Source: an uncultured cyanobacterium
Lineage (GTDB): Bacteria; Cyanobacteriota; Cyanobacteriia; PCC-9006; JAAUQQ01
DNA: 64,000 nt
Assembly: GCA_963718615.1 (NCBI GenBank)
Contig: OY970368.1
Span: forward strand, 1,600,001 to 1,664,000
Reading direction: 5' to 3'
In this document: positions 9,798-18,726 of the stretch, one piece after another
Position numbering within the stretch: position 1 is the first letter of the stretch
How the letters are laid out: each line of letters begins with the position of its first letter
Position numbers and translations under genes: made by a program
The notes under the pieces: model-generated
The model's database searches: none
What the model was told of the DNA's origin: nothing
Seen by the model: the letters and a program-made list of their open reading frames with translations, nothing else

Positions 9798-11336
9798 ATG
9801 GCGACCCCTGAACATATCCTCGGCATCGACATTGGCACCACCAGCACAAAAGTAGTTCTTTTTGCCCTAAACGGGACCATCATCGGTCAGCACGCCATGG
9901 GCTATCCCCTGTTGTCTCCCCAAGCGGATATTCAAGAACAAGACCCAAACGAGATTTATCAAGCGACGATCGGTAGCGTACGCGCTGTTGTAGACCGCTT
10001 CCCAGAGCAGGCCAAAAGCATTATTGGCATGGCTTTCAGCACGGTGATGCACAGCTTGATTGCCGTTGACGAACAAGGGGAGCTGCTGACGAACAGCATG
10101 ACCTGGGCGGACCGCCGCAGTGAGCCCTGGGTTACCAAAATCCGACGACGGTGCGATGCCCATGCGCTCTATGTCCGTACGGGTACCCCCATTCACCCCA
10201 TGTCGCCGCTGGTGAAGCTGATGTGGTTGCGGGACGAAAAACCTAAGCTATTTAACCGGGCTGCAAAGTTTATCTCCATTAAAGAGTACATAATTCACCG
10301 CTGGTTTGGGCAATACCTGGTGGACTATTCCATTGCCAACGCCACGGGTTTGTTCAATATGAAAGCGCTGGACTGGGATCCAGAAGCCCTTGAGCTGACT
10401 GGCATCACGCCGACGCAGCTATCGCAGCTCGTGCCAACGACCCATATACTCTCGTCGATGAACTTGGCGATCGCGAACAGTATGGGGATTCGTGCTGATA
10501 TTCCCGTCGTGATAGGGGCGAGTGATGGTGTGTTAGCGAATTTGGGGGTGGGTGCGATCGCACCGGATACCGTTGCTGTAACGGTGGGCACCAGCGGAGC
10601 CGTGCGGGCGATGCTCGCTCATCCCCAAACTGACCCCGAAGAACGTCTATTTTGCTATGCCCTTACCGAAAACCACTGGGTCATTGGCGGTGCCACCAAC
10701 AATGGCGGCATTATCCTCCGCTGGGTTCGCGACAACCTGGCCGATGCTGAGGTGGATACCGCATTACGGCTCAAAAAAGATGCCTACGATATCCTGACCG
10801 AGATTGCTGCGACCGTTCCAGCGGGTTCTGAAGGACTTATTTTTCACCCCTTTTTGGCAGGTGAACGTGCCCCCATTTGGGATGCCAATGCTCGAGGTAG
10901 CTTCTTTGGTCTGGGACTGAACCACACCAAAGCCCATATCATTCGAGCCGTGTTAGAAGGGATTATTTACAATCTGCATACCGTCCTAACAGCGCTTGAA
11001 GACGGGGTTGGCCCCGCCAAGAGCATTCGAGTCACGGGTGGGTTTGCCCATTCTTCCCTATGGCGACAGATGCTAGCGGATGTGTTGAATCGCACGATAA
11101 TTGTTCCTAATAGCCATGAAGGCTCCTGTTTTGGGGCAGCTATATTGGGGCTGTACGCCCTAGAGCGCATTTCTAATCTGGAACAAATCACTCAGATGCT
11201 GAGTGAAACCTACGCCCATCAGCCCATGGCTAAAAACGTCGAACGCTATCAAAAGATATTGCCGCTATATGCACAGCTACTCGAACGCTTTGTGCCGCTG
11301 TACGGCGATATGGCCAAAATCCGAACAGACTGTTAA
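9798..11336 (+). CDS. gntK: Gluconokinase (FGGY carbohydrate kinase family)
   Basis: GIDIGTTSTK, RTGTPIHPMSPL, GASDGVLANLG, LAGERAP motifs typical of Bacillus-type GntK. Confidence 0.8.
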   Translation: MATPEHILGIDIGTTSTKVVLFALNGTIIGQHAMGYPLLSPQADIQEQDPNEIYQATIGSVRAVVDRFPEQAKSIIGMAFSTVMHSLIAVDEQGELLTNSMTWADRRSEPWVTKIRRRCDAHALYVRTGTPIHPMSPLVKLMWLRDEKPKLFNRAAKFISIKEYIIHRWFGQYLVDYSIANATGLFNMKALDWDPEALELTGITPTQLSQLVPTTHILSSMNLAIANSMGIRADIPVVIGASDGVLANLGVGAIAPDTVAVTVGTSGAVRAMLAHPQTDPEERLFCYALTENHWVIGGATNNGGIILRWVRDNLADAEVDTALRLKKDAYDILTEIAATVPAGSEGLIFHPFLAGERAPIWDANARGSFFGLGLNHTKAHIIRAVLEGIIYNLHTVLTALEDGVGPAKSIRVTGGFAHSSLWRQMLADVLNRTIIVPNSHEGSCFGAAILGLYALERISNLEQITQMLSETYAHQPMAKNVERYQKILPLYAQLLERFVPLYGDMAKIRTDC

Positions 11337-11343
11337 CGCTTAG

Positions 11344-11388
11344 GCGATTGTTGAGACAGCGATTGTTGAGACGGCGATTGTTGAGACG
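11344..11388. repeat. 15-bp tandem repeat x3
   Basis: GCGATTGTTGAGAC(A/G) three times, between the gntK stop and the IS right end. Confidence 0.9.
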
Positions 11389-11406
11389 ATGTTGCTCTAC
11401 TCGCAA

Positions 11407-11560
11407 AACCTGAAACGAAGCGTTGACGCTCATCCACCCAATCGCTAGGCGATATGGATGGAGATTCCTGTTTCACAGACTCTTGGCTAGATAGCAGCAC
11501 CTTCATGCCGCCACCCCCGCTAGACCGTCTCCACAAGCCTTTTCTTGAACCGTGCGCCCC
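11407..11560 (-). ncRNA. Putative TnpB omegaRNA (reRNA) scaffold plus flanking guide; boundaries approximate
   Basis: Structured region overlapping the tnpB 3' end and running through the RE TCAA, the position established for TnpB systems. Confidence 0.6.
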
Positions 11561-12690
11561 ACGGCTCTTTGTTTGATTACAATTGCACTCGCAATATCCC
11601 GAGGCATCGATGACCCGCAATGGGGACAATTATGCCAACGGTCTGCCAGTACCTTTTTCACGACATGACCACAATCAGGACATTGCTGAGAGGTTCCACG
11701 GGCATCCACTTTCAGATACCCCTTCCCTCGCTTGAAGCAAACCCAAGGCAAAATCTGATTCAGGAACTGTCCCAAGCCAGCATCGAGCATGTGTTTGCCT
11801 AAAATGCCACGGGACAAGCCCACTAGATTCAGATTCTCCACCACAATCACATCACCCCGGTCACAGAGCAGATGAGCAATCTTGAAGTGAAAATCCTTGC
11901 GAGTGCTGCTGATTCGTTCATGCAGTTTTGCGATCTTAAGCTGAAGTTTTTTCCAGTTCTTCGACCCCAGCACCTTTTTCTTGAGTCTGCGTTGCAGCAA
12001 TTTCAGCTCGCTTTGCAGGTCAACGAAAAACCGAGGACGATGAACTTGCAAGCCATCCGAGGCTGACAGGAAATATTCCAACCCTACATCGACACCCACA
12101 CACTGACCTACCAACGGGACATCGGGAATGAACAACTCTGCTTGAAAACAGAGCATCACATAAAACCCTGACGCCCGTTTTACAATCCGCGCCTGCTTCA
12201 GCTGGAAGCCTTCGGGATAGGGTCGAGACTGCCGGATAGCAATTTTCCCGATACTGGGAAGATTTACCCACCCGTCTCCCAGTGGAGTCTTGCCCAACTG
12301 AGGAAACAGAAACGACTTCATCTGACCGGGTTTCTTAAACCGAGGAAACCCAAAACCCCGCTCTGCCCTATCCTTGAATGCCTTTTCTAAAGTCTTCAGC
12401 ACTTGCTGAAGGGATTGAGCATTGACAGACGTGAGGTCAGGATTAGTCTTCTTGGCTTGGGTCAGGGATTTGCACTGCTGGGCAAAACCGGGATAGGGAG
12501 CATCCGCCGCCATGATGTACTCACCCTGAATTGAGCAAGCATTGATAGGACACTTTCTTGAAGCAATCCAGTCCTTGCTCTCTTTGAGGGCATAATTCCA
12601 GACTTTTCGGCAAACATCCAAGCTATTTTCTAGCTCCTCAATCTGCTGAGCGGTTGGCTTCAGTTTGTACTCATAGGTCAGTGTTAGCAT
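11503..12690 (-). CDS. tnpB: RNA-guided endonuclease TnpB
   Basis: YEYKLKPT N-terminus; RuvC motifs GVDVG, VENL and RDIAS; zinc ribbon CPDCG...CPHCG. Confidence 0.95.
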   Translation of the reverse strand: MLTLTYEYKLKPTAQQIEELENSLDVCRKVWNYALKESKDWIASRKCPINACSIQGEYIMAADAPYPGFAQQCKSLTQAKKTNPDLTSVNAQSLQQVLKTLEKAFKDRAERGFGFPRFKKPGQMKSFLFPQLGKTPLGDGWVNLPSIGKIAIRQSRPYPEGFQLKQARIVKRASGFYVMLCFQAELFIPDVPLVGQCVGVDVGLEYFLSASDGLQVHRPRFFVDLQSELKLLQRRLKKKVLGSKNWKKLQLKIAKLHERISSTRKDFHFKIAHLLCDRGDVIVVENLNLVGLSRGILGKHMLDAGLGQFLNQILPWVCFKRGKGYLKVDARGTSQQCPDCGHVVKKVLADRWHNCPHCGSSMPRDIASAIVIKQRAVGRTVQEKACGDGLAGVAA

Positions 12691-12717
12691 GGTCTTATGC
12701 TAGCTTAGTCGCCCACA

Positions 12718-13131
12718 ATGTCGCAACAGTTAAACACCATCCACCACTGCTCCTATAATCTTCAGTTCCACTTAGTCGCTTGCACTAAGTACCGACGAAA
12801 GTGCATCACAAACCCCATGCTGGAAAGGATGCGAGAGATATTCGCACAGACGCTCGTTAAGTGGGATGGCAACCTGCTTGAGTTTAATGGGGAGGCTGAC
12901 CATGTTCATCTTCTTATCTCGATCAATCCCAAGGTTCAGCCGTCAAAGTTGGTGAACAACTTAAAAACTGTCTCTAGTCGGTTACTCAGGAAAGAGTTTG
13001 GTGAACACCTTAATCAGATCTACCGAGATAAGCCGATCTTTTGGAGTCGTTCCTACTGCATTATTTCTTGTGACGGAGCCCCTATATCTGTTCTCAGGCA
13101 ATATATTCAACAGCAGGCCGAGATTGATTAG
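12718..13131 (+). CDS. tnpA: IS200/IS605 Y1 transposase TnpA
   Basis: HLVACTKYRR, HUH motif DHVHL, FWSRSY, catalytic YIQQQ. Confidence 0.95.
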   Translation: MSQQLNTIHHCSYNLQFHLVACTKYRRKCITNPMLERMREIFAQTLVKWDGNLLEFNGEADHVHLLISINPKVQPSKLVNNLKTVSSRLLRKEFGEHLNQIYRDKPIFWSRSYCIISCDGAPISVLRQYIQQQAEID

Positions 13132-13556
13132 TTGCTTCCTGCGGTCGCGCTCCGCTTCACCACCCCTTAACCCTTCGGGTATAGGCGGAGCACTGCGGAG
13201 ATTTCTGGTAGAACGGTTCAAATCACCGATTGAACTGCTCGACCTCCTTTTGCGCAAAAGTCTATCACTGCACGGCTCGATCCCAGAACGAGAGCGTGAA
13301 CACCGCTGCCGCTGCTCGCCTCAGTATTGCCCAGAACTCCCAGGGTTTCCAAGATTTCAGAGGGTTGATTACCCATGACGCGGCTGAAGATTTGCGTGAT
13401 GCCTTCGGGGTTGGTGAAATAGAGCGATCGCCCCCCAGTCACCCGATCCTCCTCAGCAAAGGGACGCTGCAATACAGCGCCCCTTATCTCAAAAAACCGA
13501 CTTTGAATTGAAACGAATATAGGCTCCAAGACAATTGTTGCCTAGAAGTTCGGTGC

Positions 13557-14552
13557 TTAGGCAACAATCCGTAAATCCGGATATTCCGCCATCAGTTCAT
13601 CCGCACTGAGCACATCCCCCTTCGCTTGGGGTTCCCACAACAACTCCATGCCGTAGAGCTGATCGCTAGAAATCGCGCCAGCCTTACGAAGTGCCGATCT
13701 TAGGTCATCAGCATTCTGAACCTGCGGTAGCTCCAACTTGCCTTGGGACGCGAGCACGAGCGTGACCACGATATACTCCCCTGGTTCCTGGAGACCTGCC
13801 AACGGCCCGCCGCTGCCCTCTCCGCTAATCTGGAGGGAGCGTTCTAGGGATCGCACCTGTCCGTTATAGTTCGACAGGGTTTCCGCCGCTAGCTTGCTGC
13901 GCTCACCCAAGGCCACTCGGTTAAACACCGTCTCCGCCTGGGTCAGGACTGTTTTTTCAACGCTGGTGCTGCCATAGGCCCAGTATTCTGGGTGACGGAG
14001 CAAGGCAAGGACGGATTCTTGCAACAACCCCGAGAGTCCTTCGTTCGTGCTGGTATTGGAGGTTTGGGCAATGCGATCGAGATCCGGCTGTAATTCCCGT
14101 GCCTGGGCAAGCAAACCCACCTGGATTTTGGCAACCGAGACCGCTGGGTTCTCGCTGCTGGTGTAGCCTGCGCCACTGTAGCCGCCGCTGCCGCCTGCAA
14201 AATTCTGGAAGGCGCGGACTAGGATGCTCGCAACTGCCATAAAGACAAGCAAGCTAAAGAGTCCACCGCCCCCGCCAAAAAAGAAGGGCAGCATGAACGG
14301 AAAGCCAAAACCACCGCCGCCATAGCCCCTGCCATAGCCGCCGCCATAGCTACCCCCGCCGCCACGGGGCACGGTGCGACTGGGAGAAGGGGCTCTGAAA
14401 CCGCCAGCTCGACCACCACTGCGGGCGGCGAAGGCCGGGGCCGCTTGGCTAAAAACTAGCCCCACGACAAGTGCAAAGACGACGGCGCGCTTTGTGACCA
14501 TTTTGAGAAAGTTCTTCAAGCTAAAATTCTTCGGGCTAACGTTTTTTTGCAT
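13557..14552 (-). CDS. DUF1517 domain-containing membrane protein
   Basis: ARSGGRAGG, Gly/Tyr-rich linker, TM segment, KIQVGLLAQA, LALLRHPEYW; start uncertain. Confidence 0.85.
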   Translation of the reverse strand: MQKNVSPKNFSLKNFLKMVTKRAVVFALVVGLVFSQAAPAFAARSGGRAGGFRAPSPSRTVPRGGGGSYGGGYGRGYGGGGFGFPFMLPFFFGGGGGLFSLLVFMAVASILVRAFQNFAGGSGGYSGAGYTSSENPAVSVAKIQVGLLAQARELQPDLDRIAQTSNTSTNEGLSGLLQESVLALLRHPEYWAYGSTSVEKTVLTQAETVFNRVALGERSKLAAETLSNYNGQVRSLERSLQISGEGSGGPLAGLQEPGEYIVVTLVLASQGKLELPQVQNADDLRSALRKAGAISSDQLYGMELLWEPQAKGDVLSADELMAEYPDLRIVA

Positions 14553-14781
14553 GGCTGATGATTGTGCCTGGCTGATGGTGGGGCCAGAATGCGACCATCC
14601 GAATGCTTTTAGTGTATCGCTTTCGTTGGGGGGCGATCGCCCCAGCCCATCTCCTTGGGGGACGGATCTCCGCACCATAAACGGCCTTTATGCCTTGCGG
14701 GGTGGGCGTTGCAAAAATTATGAACAATTTATGAAACTTGAGGTTCCTCACCCTGGGTTCTTGACCCAGATGCCAAAATCC

Positions 14782-15732
14782 TTAGGCCCAAAAATCATCC
14801 CCTTCGTAGGTGACACCGGGAATAAACCAGGCAGCAGGGCTAACGTAGCGATACTGAATGTCGATGGTGTCCAGCGCTTGACGGGCCTCGGGTGAGAGCC
14901 GGTGGGAAGCCGCTTGAAGGTTTTCGGCAAGGCGGCTGGGGTTTGTGGATTTGGGAACGACGCTGGTGCCTCGGGCGATCGCCCAAGCGATCAACAGTTG
15001 CCCCGGTGTAAGCCCTTCAGCAGCAGCAGTCGCAGTTACAACTTTGTTTTCCAAGAGCGGTGGTTCGTCCGGAGATTTCATGCTGTCGGGGCGATCGCCA
15101 GACCCCAAGGGCGAATAGGCCGTCAGTCGAATGCCTTGGTCTTGGCAATAGGCCAAGAGTTTGGTCTGGGGATTGTAGGGATGGAGCTCGACCTGATTAA
15201 CCGCTGGCACAACGCCGGTTTCGGCAATCAGCCGCTCTAGCTTGGTCAGGGTAAAGTTGGAAACCCCGACACTTTTCACCAAGCCCTGATCTCGCAGCTT
15301 TAGCATCGCCTCGAAGGTCCGAGAAAGCGGCAGTTCAGACAGCGGCACAAAGTCTTCGCGGCCCTCGGGCATGAATGTCCCGGCTCGGAAGGCAACGGGC
15401 CAATGGATCAAATACAAATCCAGATAGTCCAAACCCAGGGCGGTGAGGGTTTCGCGGCAGCCGGTTTCCACGTCTTCTGGGGCGTGAAAGCTATTCCAAA
15501 GTTTGGAGGTGATGAAAATTTTGGCTCGGGTGACGGTGCCTTGGGCGATCGCCTCCTGAATTCCCCGCCCCACTTCGGTTTCGTTCTGATAAATCCAGGC
15601 CGCATCAATGTGACGATAGCCCAGACTGAGGGCTTCTTGGACGGCTGGGTAGACATCCCCTGGCTTGGACTTCCAGGTGCCCAGGCCAAAGGCGGGTAGG
15701 CGGTTACCGTCGTTGAGGGTAAAGGTTTGCAT
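14782..15732 (-). CDS. Aldo/keto reductase
   Basis: GLGTW, GYRHIDAAWIY, YLDLYLIHWP, GVSNF, NQVELHP. Confidence 0.95.
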   Translation of the reverse strand: MQTFTLNDGNRLPAFGLGTWKSKPGDVYPAVQEALSLGYRHIDAAWIYQNETEVGRGIQEAIAQGTVTRAKIFITSKLWNSFHAPEDVETGCRETLTALGLDYLDLYLIHWPVAFRAGTFMPEGREDFVPLSELPLSRTFEAMLKLRDQGLVKSVGVSNFTLTKLERLIAETGVVPAVNQVELHPYNPQTKLLAYCQDQGIRLTAYSPLGSGDRPDSMKSPDEPPLLENKVVTATAAAEGLTPGQLLIAWAIARGTSVVPKSTNPSRLAENLQAASHRLSPEARQALDTIDIQYRYVSPAAWFIPGVTYEGDDFWA

Positions 15733-15825
15733 GGGAAGCGTGCTTTTGGATAAGGCGATATGGTATCTAGGCTATCGTCAATTATGGAAGTTTGAATCGC
15801 CCTGTCAGCACAGGACCTCCAATCA

Positions 15826-17727
15826 CTAGCCCACCATCTCCCACGCTAGACCACTGCACTGTGGAAACACAAATATTCCCTGACGGTTGGCTATCGCTCC
15901 ATTCATTAGCCATATCTCGTTCTGGCCTGTTACAGGATTGTTCCACATCAGATCTGACTTGCCATCGTAGTTGTAATCTCTCATTCCACCAACATACCAG
16001 TCAGAACCTAGAAGGTTGTCAACTGCTGTCTCCGTTATAGACATTGTATTTTCCAGTAGCCAAACTAGATTCTCCCCCGTAGTCGGATTACGCCAGAGTA
16101 AATCTGAGATGTCATTCCCATCAAAATCTCCACACCCCTCTAATTCATAGCCCTCAGCGGGGGAGATTTGGGGGGTTAATGTTACAGTTTCTTGCTTCAT
16201 TGCATGGCTATCCAAGTACCAGGCTACTGTCTGGCGATTCGTTGTGTTATACCAGAGTAAGTCATCGATACCATCTTTATTAAAGTCTCCAACTCCATGA
16301 ATTTGCCAGTCTTTATGAGTAATTGAAGGTATGGCTGTTCCTGCTATGGGTTGGTCTTCATTCATTAGCCAAACAACATTTTGTCCTGTAGATCTGTTTC
16401 GCCATACCATATCGTCTTCATCATCTCCATTGAAGTCTCCTACTCCCTGAATTTGCCAATTTTGATCACGAATAAAAGGCTGGATAGAATAGCCTAGCTC
16501 GATCCTATGATTTCTGACTAATCCAACGGAGAGTTGACCAGTTTGATCATTTCTCCAAAAGGATTTAGGTTGTTGTCGATCGCCATACTTAATAACAAAG
16601 CCATCATAATTTCCCTTCGGTTCTCCCAACTCTCCCAGTACACCGCCGACCACAAATACATTGTCAGATTGGTCAATGGTCAGATCATCCGGTGTATCTC
16701 TACCGATTGTTCCAGCTTGATGAAATCCCAAAATATTTCCTGATTCATCAAACTTAATCAAGAGAATGTCATTTTCCCCAGAATACCCATCAAACAGATT
16801 GTTATAGGTTGACCCAGCTGTATAAATGTGATTCTGAGAATCAACCCCAATGGCTGTCACCTTATAAAGAGAACCATTAAAATCCTGTTGCCAGACTAGA
16901 TTTCCTTCAGGATCAATTTTGACAAGAATAGATCCAGCAACATATAGGTTTCCATTTTGGTCAATTGTAATGTCAAAGGCTGTATCATCTCCTGCAAGTT
17001 TAGATGTATTTAGCCATTGCTGTTCTCCCTTTCCATTATACTTAGCAACAAAAAAGTCATTTTCACCTACATTAATTCCTTGCGTTTTTCGTCGAGTAAT
17101 TCCAGTGATGTAAAGATTGTCATTTTTGTCAATTGTGATTCCGTAGCCTTCATCAATGTCAGAGATGTCAACTGACTGGTACCACAATGAGTTGCCCTGT
17201 GAGTCAAACTTCGTAATAAAGGCATTGCTCCCAGTAAGTCCAAAGCCAGATGAGGTGCCAGTCAGGTAAATCGCGCCAGAGCGATCGACAGCAATATCTT
17301 TAGCCGTTTCTAAAGCTGATTTTTTGAATTCACGCTGCCATACTTTTTGTCCTAGCGAATCAAACTTAACCAAAAAAGCATTTGATGCCACTTGTCCTGC
17401 AACATAAATATTGCCTGTTAAATCCAAGCCAATCGCTTCGGGGGTCTCCACTAGGATGCCGGTTTGATCCCCGAGCTGCGATCGCCATACCTCTTCCCCT
17501 TGCTTGTTATACTTAACAAGCATGATGTCATTGTCTAAATTACTGTCTACAGGTTTCTGGCCCTTAAAGCTTCCCTGCGTGTAGCCAGTGATATATATAT
17601 TTCCAGCTTGATCTAAGGCAATTCCTGTGGCTCCATCCGTACTTATTGTTCCTAGCTGATCCATCCAACTAGGTACTGGAATCTCACCAAGTCTTAGCTC
17701 TTTTACCTTGTCAGAGAAGACACTCAT
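15826..17727 (-). CDS. SBBP (beta-propeller) repeat plus FG-GAP-like repeat protein
   Basis: Repeated IxxDxxGNIYxTG blades, then GDFNGDxxxDxxW repeats; AGGAGG RBS precedes ATG 17727; AT-rich. Confidence 0.8.
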   Translation of the reverse strand: MSVFSDKVKELRLGEIPVPSWMDQLGTISTDGATGIALDQAGNIYITGYTQGSFKGQKPVDSNLDNDIMLVKYNKQGEEVWRSQLGDQTGILVETPEAIGLDLTGNIYVAGQVASNAFLVKFDSLGQKVWQREFKKSALETAKDIAVDRSGAIYLTGTSSGFGLTGSNAFITKFDSQGNSLWYQSVDISDIDEGYGITIDKNDNLYITGITRRKTQGINVGENDFFVAKYNGKGEQQWLNTSKLAGDDTAFDITIDQNGNLYVAGSILVKIDPEGNLVWQQDFNGSLYKVTAIGVDSQNHIYTAGSTYNNLFDGYSGENDILLIKFDESGNILGFHQAGTIGRDTPDDLTIDQSDNVFVVGGVLGELGEPKGNYDGFVIKYGDRQQPKSFWRNDQTGQLSVGLVRNHRIELGYSIQPFIRDQNWQIQGVGDFNGDDEDDMVWRNRSTGQNVVWLMNEDQPIAGTAIPSITHKDWQIHGVGDFNKDGIDDLLWYNTTNRQTVAWYLDSHAMKQETVTLTPQISPAEGYELEGCGDFDGNDISDLLWRNPTTGENLVWLLENTMSITETAVDNLLGSDWYVGGMRDYNYDGKSDLMWNNPVTGQNEIWLMNGAIANRQGIFVFPQCSGLAWEMVG

Positions 17728-17961
17728 GTTCTCTCCTCCTTTATTCAATAATTGAGCCCCTAGCTTTTGCAGTGCAATTGCTCGCTTAGGCTTTCTCATC
17801 TACGGCTTTAACTTAGGATTAAAATGTGAAGATAATGTGAGTATCGATAGCCTTATTAGCCTTTCGTGCAATCGCCATGCACCCTTTCTCTTCCCCACTC
17901 TGGCACACCCTTCCTCCAGACACGTCCTCGCTTGACTCCACACTACTCTCAACGGTCTCAC

Positions 17962-18358
17962 CACAACGTTCGTAAGATGATTTATTTGTTGGTGTCTACA
18001 GGGGCGGTGGAGATTATTTTGCTAGGGTTAGCGGTAACCCTGGGATTCCCACTGCCGCTGTTACCGGTGCAAATTCTTTGGCTCAATTTGGTCACGAATG
18101 GAATTCAGGATGTGGCATTGGCCTTTGAATCGGGAAAGGATGGAGTAGTGAAGCAGAGTCCGCGATCGCCCTTTTCCTAGGGACCGCAGGAGCCTTTCTG
18201 ATTATCTGATTGCTATGTATGTGCCCCTGGGAAGGTGCTTACTAGCCACTGAGCCTGCTGATCTGCGCACTTGGGGAATGCTTTTAGCGTTGGGGTCAAC
18301 GGTGTTAATCGCGAACGAGATTCACAAGTTCCTTCAGAGTTGTCTCTGGCACCGCTAA
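17962..18358 (+). pseudogene. Relic of a cation-transporting P-type ATPase C-terminus with internal deletion and frameshifts
   Basis: NVRKMIYLLVSTG...PLLPVQILWLNLVTNGIQDVALAFE, then in other frames FLGTAGAFL and MYVPLGRCLLATEP...NEIHK; no N-terminal or phosphorylation domain. Confidence 0.8.
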
Positions 18359-18362
18359 TGGG

Positions 18363-18590
18363 TTAACCGCCGCCGACAATGGTGACCACTTCGAGGCGAT
18401 CGCCCTCTTCCATCACCGTCCCCTCCCAAAACTGCCGATGTAAAATTTCACCGTTATATTCCACCGCCACTAAGCGAGGATTCATCCCCAACTGCTCTAA
18501 AAACTGGGGCAGTGTCGTGGCCGGTGGGCAGGATTTTTCCTCGCCGTTGACTTGGAGGGTAAAGCTGGAGGATAGGGCGTTCGTGGACAT
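18363..18590 (-). CDS. thiS: Sulfur carrier protein ThiS
   Basis: LQVNGE, VAVEYNGEIL, C-terminal IVGGG; downstream of thiE. Confidence 0.92.
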   Translation of the reverse strand: MSTNALSSSFTLQVNGEEKSCPPATTLPQFLEQLGMNPRLVAVEYNGEILHRQFWEGTVMEEGDRLEVVTIVGGG

Positions 18591-18726
18591 CAGGACATTG
18601 TGAGAAAGGGCAGTGGGGAACGGGCAGCGGGGAACGAACAGCAATCCGGGATTGAGTCAACCCCGGACTGTGATCTAGCGCTTCTATTGCTAGCTTATTT
18701 CCCTAGGAAATTCGCGAGAGAACTTG

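Larger units (their letters stand above)
11423..13207 (-). mobile_element. IS200/IS605-family element (divergent tnpA and tnpB)
   Basis: Minus strand: right end GAAT + hairpin + TCAA ending at 11423; left end follows CTAC (13211-13208), with AGTG preceding a CTCCGC...GCGGAG hairpin. Confidence 0.85.

Noticed and set aside
17866-18180. 104-aa ORF as an intact gene
   Set aside because: Only its 3' part matches a P-type ATPase; treated as a pseudogene fragment.
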